A DNA stretch of 64,000 nt from positions 324,034-388,033 of the forward strand of contig JAQGDQ010002379.1 in NCBI GenBank assembly GCA_030141605.1, given 5' to 3'. The position numbers and the translations under genes are program-made. Positions within the stretch are counted from its first letter, which is position 1, and each line of letters opens with the position of its first letter. The notes beneath the pieces are model-generated. The model ran no database searches. It was given only the letters and a program-made list of their open reading frames with translations, and was not told the origin of the DNA. Positions 54,264-64,000 of the stretch are shown one piece after another. Origin of the DNA: Tubiluchus corallicola. Taxonomy: Eukaryota; Animalia; Priapulida.

Positions 54264-57200
54264 TCTAAATCATGGAATCGTACTTAATCTGATTGCTTTA
54301 TCACAGTGTTGCCATTCTGGTTGATAAAGATTATTGTTTTGGAGGCTAAAAATTATAGTATTTTCCACCATATTATCGCATTTTCATGCAAAATTCAAAA
54401 TTACTGTGTATTTGCAGCAAATTATTATTATCATTGTATAATTATGCATTTAATAAGTAACCATAACACCAAAAAGTACCATTAGCAAGTGTAAAATTAA
54501 GTTTATCAAAACACAATAGAATGTTGCTAATTCCTGCATGTGCAGAACGAAGCCTGATCGTTGTCATCATGGCCATTTGACAACTATGAATGGCCCCTTT
54601 AAACTGATTAACTGTAACTGCTTCCCTTTGAGGTAAACCATTCCACAGATCCTATGACTGATAAAAAATTTCGTAATATAAAATTTATTCTTTAATTTTT
54701 ACCGTTTGTTAAACTACTCTCTTTTGAAATTACTGCTGTTTTCTGAAAACTGTTACCACTAATTTGCAACCAGCATGGTTTGAACTACAACAAAATCAAA
54801 ATTTATTTACATTTCCACGGTAAGCAGTAATGTATTTTCATATCTAAATTATCCTGTAATTATCTGTTATCATACAGTCTGTTTTTTTGTATGGTATGAA
54901 GCATCAAATTATCGTATATTCGAATAAATTTCATATAAAAAGCAACCCTGTTTATCATTTTCATGTCAGGTAAGTGCTAGAAAATAGAACGAAGGTAGAC
55001 TGTAGCAGTGTGTAGTTAATATAAAAAAGAGTTCCTTTAAGGGAAAATAGAATGGTGTATAATGTTCTCTTATGATCAGTGATTATTTTATCATTTTTAT
55101 GTTTTTATTTAGAAATGCTCCTTTTAAGGGAAAATTAAAATAAGCTTTTAGCATGTAATGGACTGAGTGGAATTCTGAAATAGTGTTGTTCCCTATAATA
55201 ATTTTACAATTTTAGTCAAAGGATTATGTGCAGTTTTAATAGAAATATTATTTTATGTTCTATGCACTAAGTGGGATGGACGTTTTTGTTGTTGTTGATA
55301 TACACTATCTTTTCTCTATATACCAGCTAGAACTACACCACTATTGTTATGCATTTGGGAAGTTTTACTTATGGACCAAAGTTGACCTTGCCTTTTTTGC
55401 CCATTTCTGAAGTTAATTATTGTAGGTTTTATATTTTAGAATTTAAATGTGCCACATTGTTCCTTTATTAGGGTAGAGGATTGAGTAATATTTTATCAAT
55501 TGTGCCAAATAAATTATCTTGTTCTCGCTTAAAGCGGCTTAGGACTATAATAATGGTGGTTATATGCGCCATGCAGTTTCTATATTTGAATGAAAATACA
55601 GCATTATTTTGTTAATTGTGCCAAATGAGTTAATACGTTTCTGCTTAAAGTGGATTATCAAGTTACTGCTGTGTTATTTGATTACAGTAATTTTTGTGGC
55701 TTTATAAATCGTGGACCAAGTCCACATTAAGATGAAATTATATTTTTTGTAAACAGGATGAAACAGGATAGGAAATAAGTTAACAGGTTTCTGCTTAAAG
55801 CAGATTACCAAGTTACAGATGCACTAAGCTATACTTTTTGATTACAGTCATATTTATAGCTGTATAAATCGTGGATTGAATAATTAAAATGAAATTATTT
55901 TCGTTTCTTTAATGAGATTATTCTTGTTTATTTAAACTTTAACTATGTTTCTGTGTTACAATAAATGAACTCAAAGCAGAAAATGCAGTTCCTTATATGT
56001 TTAAATTCCTGGCAAGAATAAGGGGGCATTTTATAGTACAATTCTAATGTTGTATATGTTAGATATCATGAAGCAATATCAATTTATCAGAATAGCTCAT
56101 TGCCACACACTTAAGATTTCTGGAAGTCAGTGATCAAAAGTTATATTACTGCATATTTTATTTAATAAAAACTTTAATTTGCAAACAATATGCAGCCAGT
56201 AATATGCTAGAATCTTGCTTGTTTCTCTTGTCACATCAAACTCGCATGTACACAATCTCTAAGAACACTTAAATTGTTGCATGAGGTCTGTCTCAACAGT
56301 AAGAACAGCTACATGTGGGAGTTTTCTATATAATAGCTTACAATAACTGTACGATAAAATGATTTACTATTACCAGTTGACAGAGTACCACAATGTATAG
56401 AAATGAACAAGTGAACTCATAAGATATCATACTAAGTGCAGGTGATGCTACTCATTGTATAATAAATAAAAATTGGAAAAAGTCAAAAAGTTGATAAATC
56501 TTGTTGCTGTCTCATTTGATGTGACTTATCAAATGCACTTTCACTGTTTCCTTCATGCACTTTACTTAATCACAGCCTCTTTTTGTTGTTAGCTGATGTT
56601 ATTTTTCCGTAATTTGTTGTGATTTTTGTTATACAGTCATGCAATTTGTTTTGTTTTTTTACAGAAGAAGTGGTAGTTTGTTAACATTCTACTTTATTTA
56701 ATCTCATTTTAGGTGTCTGTTTATGTGCATAATACATATTTATGGTAAAGTTTTTTCGTATTAGGCTGCTTATTGACAAATAAGAGAAATGCTCACCTAC
56801 TATGCAAGCAATTATTTAAGTCTTGCTAAAATTAATAAATGAACAATCACAGCAATTTATCGTTAAAAAAATTAACATTGTTAATACTTTTGTGGTGTGT
56901 GGTGTCTGATATGAGAGTCGTCGTAAATACGCTGTCAACGCGTTGCCAAACGATCGGTTTTCCTGTTGAAGATATCCCGTTGTGGGATGTGTGAAAAAGT
57001 GGGATGCATCGTGAGGGATATTTTAAATTTGAGTGATATAAACAAAATTGGTAGGTTTGCAATACAGATAAGGCTGAACCTCTTACAGTCAGTTATGATA
57101 CCAGTGATTTATAATACAGAAACATGGAGTGAAGTAACAAAAGTAGAAATGGGTAGGATGGAAGAAATTCAGAAGGATATGTTACAAAAACTAGTATTAT

Positions 57201-59601
57201 CACAGAAGGTGTCAACTAGTTATAGGGGTATGCTAATAGAACATTGTACATAAGTATATGCTGTAGGTATACAGTTTGTACATATAAAGACTCTTAAAAA
57301 GTCAGCCTGGAAGAAACGTGTAAAAGAAAACGTAAAAAAATTATTAAAATTACTGCACATCACCAGATATACTCAAGAACTAAGTTAAGGTTCTTATCTT
57401 ATGAGCTGAGCATGATAAACCCAAGCAGTATATAACTGAGTTAACACTAGAACAGACAAAAAGGGTTTTAGAGATAAAGCTTAATATGCTACCACTAAAA
57501 TGTAATTATAGAAGTAAGTTTAAAGGAGATATATGGTGTCCGCTATGTGGTAAAGACAGAGGATCTATTCAGACGGTTATAAGAAATGTGCTACCAACTA
57601 CAGAAGTAAATTTCCAAAGTCTGATTGAGTCAGAAGATGCACAAATAGCAAAGCAGTAGGTGGAATTTGTTCAAATAGCAATGGAAACAAGAAAAAGAAG
57701 AGGTGTCGTGCTGGGAATTTAGCCAAAATAGTAACAGTCATAAATGGTTGATTAACATCAATGCTGATTACGTTACTTGTGTCTTGCGCGATAATATTCC
57801 TTTGTGCCTATCTAACCAGATAGAGTTAACACCGAGGAAACAACGAAACAACATGTGCTTACTGGAGAACCGCAACTGCAGCGACATGACATAGAGGAAG
57901 TTGAGGAACTGCAAGATGTAAAATGTACAACACTCATCGTATAGAAAAATATAATCTTAAAGTGAACAATACAAAGACCAAAGAATACGTTATACCCACT
58001 GCTAATTTAAACATCAACAATTCTTCCTAAATATCTTTTAATGACACAGATAAAGTCAAGGAATACATTATTTAAAAATGTGTATAGTTACCAGTCTCAT
58101 GAAGAAGTGAAACAGCTTTATACAAATTGGGCAAATTTTCCAGGATTTCAAACATGTGGTGTAGATGAAATTGATAAAATGCATCTGAATTGCATATTAA
58201 AAGAATTTTGTAATAAACTTAAATCAATGTACAGAAAACTATTTTTTACAAAGCTACATAATGATCCTAGACACAGTGATGGCAAAAACAAACTAAGATT
58301 TTATAGATATGTAAAAATCAGTAATGAATTAGAAGATTATTTCAAAATTATTTCTAATGAGAAACAGCGACAAATGATTACGAAATTACGTAACAGCGAA
58401 TATGACCTGGAAATAGAATGATTTAGATATCAAAATAAAAAAGGGCGTGAAAGGCTTTGTCAATACTGTCACAACAATAGCTCAAAATTAGTAGAAAACA
58501 AATTATATTACCTTTTTACTTGTCTTTTGTATAAAGATATTAGACAAAAATATGAGCATAAATATATCTTTGCAAAAAGGTAACATATACTCAGTAATGT
58601 GGTTTTTTTCTAATTGCAAACCCAGAAGACCTTATTCACTTTGGAAACTGCTTAAATGAATGTGATAAAAAAGGCAGTTATATCTTGGTGGTAATCTGTG
58701 AGTGCTGGATAAACCTTGTGCTGTGATTGTGTAATTTAATCTCGTTTGTGATTATATTAATTATTTAGGTTTTGTGTTTTTACTACTACTTTGTAGTTGT
58801 AGCATAAAGTTTTATTTCATAAGAGCACATAATTTCTTATTAGATTTAAGTAAGTTGTACAAACTCGTGGTTTTGCAATGTTGCATAATTGCATCTGTAT
58901 TTGTTGTTTTTCGTGTTTCTTGTACTTTGACTTTTTTGCAATTGTAATTTTTTGCCATGATACGCTATTGTATTTGTGCAATAGAACAAAATTGAAATTG
59001 AAGATGCGGTAATGATTCGTGGAAAAGATGTAAATAACTTGGTAACTTGTAAGACACCGATGCCCACATACAAAGAAGGAAAATTCTTAAATTGTCTGCT
59101 TATTCACATATCTCAATGATTTTTGATAACAATAGACTTTCTCTTGAAACCAGAGTCCGGATTCTTTCAACTTTAGTTGAATCTGTGTTTTTGTACACTG
59201 CTGAGCTATGGACAATAAAAGTTAAGCAACAGAAGGACAGTTGATGCTTTTCGAAGACGTCTCTATAGGAAATTACTCGCAATTAAATCGCCTGATAGAA
59301 TATCCAATGATGATCTGTATAATGCAGTCAAGAAGATTCCTGGTAGTAGACAAATACAAGTAAGAAAATTGCTTTGGATTGGGCACACACTAACAGTAAG
59401 ATTACCTCCTCTTCCTATGGTATTGCATAAAGCTCTTGAAACGACAAAAAACCAAGAGGCTGTCAACTAGGCTGACGTATTTAGGTTTTTGGTACAGATT
59501 TATGATCTAACATGTACATTAGGCAATTTGATACAGACATCATACTATATTCAAAATTTGTAGCTGCATATTTGCCATTAGTTTCTACTCAACAGACCAA
59601 G

Positions 59602-62600
59602 ATGACAAGTTTAAATAAGGGATGCACTTTGCCTTTATATGTGGTGGATGCTTTCACAAGCCAGGCATTTGCTGGAAATGCTGCTGCTGTATGTCTAGTG
59701 TCACACAATCAGGTAAATTAATGATGATCTGTCATTAACAAACTTTTCGTCTTAATTTGTTTTCAGCTATTTTTATTGCACTGTTCTTCACTGCAAATAA
59801 CTTGTGGTCCTGTAGCACAAACTCAGTCAATGTATGTGTCTTAATCGCACTCTTATTTATGTAAAGATATGAGTTTTTAACTACTAACTGATAATGTTTT
59901 TGTTATTTATTTATGTGATTAACTCAATGAATTAACTGTGTTACAATAAATAAATCATTATATTATAATATTTAAATCGCAGGCTTGCATAATAAAAATC
60001 ACTGGTTTATTTTTAGAAATATTGAAACAAATTTAACAAGTTAGTTGAAAACAAAAGTGTCCATTTAGTCACAGCTGAAATCAATTTGTAATCAATTAAA
60101 CTTATAACATCAGTCATAATAATGTCAGGATAATGGTGACTGTGCCTTTAAGTTATGTTTGTATTTGGATCTATTATAATAGTAGGTGTTTTTCATGAAG
60201 ATTTAGTATAATTTTAAGTGACAATTACAATGAGTATCAATGCAGAAAATGCATTTTGTTGTTGTTGTTGTTGTTGTTTCCGTTTCTACGGAGGCTTTGT
60301 AGTTTCTTTCTGCAATTCGAATAGATATTCTGAGTATTATTTGAACTGTACAAAACAGGAGATATGTTATATGTTCAAAATCTATTCCAAACAGTCCGAA
60401 GGCTGTGTTGTTTTTATTAGTTGAATTGTGGTGTAATCTGCATTTCTTGGGTTATATTATTAAATGGCTGTAGACATTGTGATGTATATAGTCATTCGGT
60501 TATTCTATTTTAGGTAATCGACGATGCAAAAATGCAAAAAATTGCTTTCGAAATGAACTTGTCGGAAACCTGTTTCATTGCACTGCCAACAGAAAACGAT
60601 TCGTTCAAGAATTCTTCCCGGTTTGGCCTGCGATGGTTTACCCCTGCCTGTGAAATCCAACTGTGTGGTCATGCCACTCTTGCTGCTGCCACGGTGCTTT
60701 TCTCTTGTGTTGGTAAGTTTGCTAAGCAGGACAGAAATGTAAATCTAGAAGCTGAACCTGAGTCAGTGCTACTACATCAGCTGACACTCACAGTAAATCA
60801 GCCAGCTGGAGTTCACCATTAAGAATGACAGATTTTGATTCTTATGTCCTGCAGCAACAATTTAGCGTTAGTTTGAATAGTTTTATTTGTGAACTGGCTT
60901 AAGTGATTCGACAGCACACCCCTTTATATGCCATATATCTCTCTATATCTCTCATATTTTATGTACTCACAATGTTAAAAAAAATCTCCTGGCTTATAAT
61001 CTGGCAACTCTAGCAATGGATTTATTGCAAATATAATTTAAATCCAACCCTTGGCAAGGCTTATCTGGATTACCAACAAATCAATACTAAAATACCAAAA
61101 TGATCCAATACGTGTGGCTAATGTTGCCTATTTGTGCATTTTATTTAATTTTGAATTGACTGCTTTCTCATTCAAATATTTCTGAAGTTTAGTATCTCTG
61201 CCAGCACACGTACAATATGACCGCATTGCGACCAGTGATTTCATCATCATCATAAGCCCGTTATGTCAATTGTAGACATTGGGCAGGCAGAACTCTAAAA
61301 TAAAAGAAATCTGCCCTCAAAACAGGTAAACACAGCAGTAATCTAGCAAAAAAACTGGACACTGCTATGCCAGTGACTTGTTCGCAAGAGCAAAAATCTT
61401 CACAGCTGGCAAAAATGTCAGCTACCTCGACTTCCGTCACCGAGCGGCTGGCACGACTAAAGCTGGGTTTCTTATCTGCTAGGTCGCCTGTAGAAATAAA
61501 CCGACTGGAGCTGAGCTGAAGCGGTATGGCTCTGGCTTCTATGTCGATCCCTTAAGTATTTTTCACGTTGTCTTGAAAATCAGGGAGTTTTTATTTGCCA
61601 ACCTAATACCAAACGAATTCACTGTGAATTTATTTGTGTGCTAATGCGTTTACTTCAAATAAGCTTCCATGCAGTTTTGCTTTTTTTCTTCTATTGTTTT
61701 TTTAGATTGTGTGCCTTTTTTGCATTTTAGGACTTAAAGCATTCCGCTGTTTTCAGTTCTCATCATATTTGGCATTTTCTTAGGAGACTGTCAGCTTTCC
61801 CTTCTTTTCATCTGCACTTTAAAAAATTGGAAAAGGAAAATAGTGCCTGTTAACCATATTCTAAACCATATTCTATTCCAATAATGAAATTACAATTAGG
61901 CATTGCAATATTTGATTGTATTGCTAATCCACTAATGCTACGATTAGGCTCTAAATATTTGTGAAATTGATAATCATTATGATAGGGGGGTCTGAAATTA
62001 AAAGGCAGCTAGTGAATATATCTACAGCTATGTAAATTATTACAGGTAACGAATTTACAGAGATTACATTTGATACGCTAAGTGGACCACTTGTTGCCAG
62101 AAAAAAAGAGGACAATTTTATTCTGCTAGATTTTCCTGCTAATCCAACTATTAGTGTTAACAAGGAAAATGTTAAAGATCTTTTAAAGGTACCTACTGTT
62201 TTGAATGACCTGTAAAACAAGTTTGCCTGGGTTTTTGTTGTAAGTAATTTTATCATTGAAGCTTTTAGCAGGTAGGTGGTTGACAGTTTGGAAGACATTC
62301 TGACGCCTTGGTATATTTATGTATTTTAGGAAATTTCCGGCGTTACTTGTTTTAACTGTGTGTGCTGGCCATGTTTTTCAAATGTATCATATGGGCTGTT
62401 TTTTTTTGGCCAATAGCTAAATTGCATCTTTGCACAGACTTTTTTGAAGGCATATTACTTAGTATTATCTTACTTGTATTACTTAGTATTACGCTTTCTT
62501 GCCTGCAATACTCATGTAAATAGAAAAGACACATTTTCTAGCTTTATGTAAGTAAAGGGCTTTCTTGCCTTTTATGACAATTTTTTGGTGTTTTAATTAA

Positions 62601-63519
62601 TCCTATTCAGTTTTCGAATTTGCCTGAAGAGGGGAGACAGCATGAGAGGAACATGGAAACTATTCAAAGGTGGGACGGGGGTGGGGGGGGGTGGGGGGTT
62701 ACAGTAATGGTGGCAGTGAAGCACTTGCTGTTACTTTAATGTTTCTTTTTACTGGCTGTTACACACACGTGCATGCACGCACGCGCACACACACACCCAC
62801 ACACACGCACTGTTACATAATATAGTAAAATATATCATATCACTCTTTTCGGTGATTCTAGATTGCATAGCACTCCTACAATAGGACTAGTTGAAGTTTA
62901 GCAAACAACTATCACAATTACTAACCTGACATTCTGTGCATTAAATTTAGAAATCCACAGATTAAAGATACGAGACAATGCCGCTATGATAAAACTAAGG
63001 GTGCATTCAGACTAGCGAGTTTTCTGTTGGGAGTTTTTCTCTAACACCAAACTTGCAAGTGTGAACTGCTTTGCGAGTTACTATCGACAAGTCATTGCAC
63101 ACTTTCAGACAGTTGCTACGAAATGATTTCCTGTTTAGTGTGAACAGTCTCAGCGAGTTACTCTTGACACGGCTCCCAGTGAATAGAGGAGGAGTATCAG
63201 CTGGTGCTTACTTCATGTTGGAGAATTTTGTTCTTTAGTCTGAACGTGCTTGCGAGTTACTTGGCGAGAAAATTTGTTAGTATGAATGCTTCATTACTCT
63301 CAAAAGCAGTGCGACAAAATATCAACATTCTTGCAACAGTCAAGTCATCTAAATTCTTCTTTGTAAAAAGTATTTTGGTCCGAACTTTAATACACTGTAG
63401 AATCTTATGTGAATGTTTTTTATAATACAGGTACTTGTTGGAGATTTACCTATTGTTGATGTGGAGTATGCTCCTGTTATACAACAAATGATTGTGTGTC
63501 TTCAAGATTCTGTGTCCAG
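59602..63519 (+). CDS. PBLD: PhzF/PBLD-family gene, copy 3 (exons 1-4; remainder beyond the window)
   Basis: Exons 59602-59712, 60514-60712, 62046-62188, 63431-63519, apparently identical to copy 2. Confidence 0.92.
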
Positions 63520-64000
63520 GTGTGCATGTTGATAATTTTTTATTTGGTTTGTCGTGTGTCATTCGTTTTGCACTTTTCATTAGCTTTCATGTTATTATAC
63601 ATACTATAAAATTGCTGCAAATTGTACAAATCTGCAATTAATCTCTATTTCTATGAAGTGTGTTTGTGTATGTTTGTTTATTTGTTTGCTATAAAGTCCT
63701 GTTTTACTTATTTAACTTCAAATTTGGTCTATTAAGTTGCTAATACATCACACTCCCCATTGAATTATGGGATATGTACAGTTATGTGTAGAAATCAATT
63801 AACAAAAGCTGAAGACAGTCTACTTTTTAACTTTTGGCAGGAGCTCTACTTACATGAAAAAGAATTTAAAATACACTATGTTTCAGTCCATTGTTGGGTT
63901 CAAATTCTGATTGGATGAAAATTTTTCATTGTCTCATTCTTCATTCATTAGTCATTGATGTTATTATTGTTGTAAGTATAAGGCTTCATGTGTGTGTGTG

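Larger units (their letters stand above)
41493..55917 (+). repeat. Complete unit of a tandem segmental duplication (~14.4 kb)
   Basis: Begins TTATTCTTGTTTATTTAAACTTTAACTA, also found at ~22952 and ~55918; ORFs recur at an offset of 14387 (45125/59512, 46145/60532, 47564/61951). Confidence 0.95.

Noticed and set aside
29422-63519. Bacterial phenazine operon or recent horizontal transfer
   Set aside because: Genes have six spliceosomal introns and resemble animal PBLD throughout; no other phz genes are present.

Overview
AT-rich, intron-containing animal (probably invertebrate) genomic DNA. Positions ~5.7-19.6 kb hold the 3' half of a calcineurin A catalytic subunit gene (PPP3C-type, + strand); its 5' exons lie upstream of the window. 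Its regulatory half is unusually complex: two different calmodulin-binding exons that frame logic makes mutually exclusive (divergent 13714-13813, canonical 16544-16631), a candidate short terminal exon that would remove the autoinhibitory domain, and candidate 3-nt and 9-nt microexons. From ~23 kb to the end is a tandem array of ~14.4-18.5 kb units, each with a 7-exon PhzF/PBLD-family gene (two complete 296-aa copies, one cut by the window edge). The two complete copies carry a Cys/Cys pair (LCGH...EDPVCGSAH), the PLP-independent racemase signature, rather than the Cys/Thr pair of human PBLD. Copy 1 has lost the PhzF catalytic Glu and has a solo LTR just upstream. The rest is transposon debris (nested LINEs, MITEs, a THAP/P-element fragment, a tRNA-derived SINE) and simple or minisatellite repeats. 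Exon boundaries were read by eye; no alignment, database search or expression data was available.
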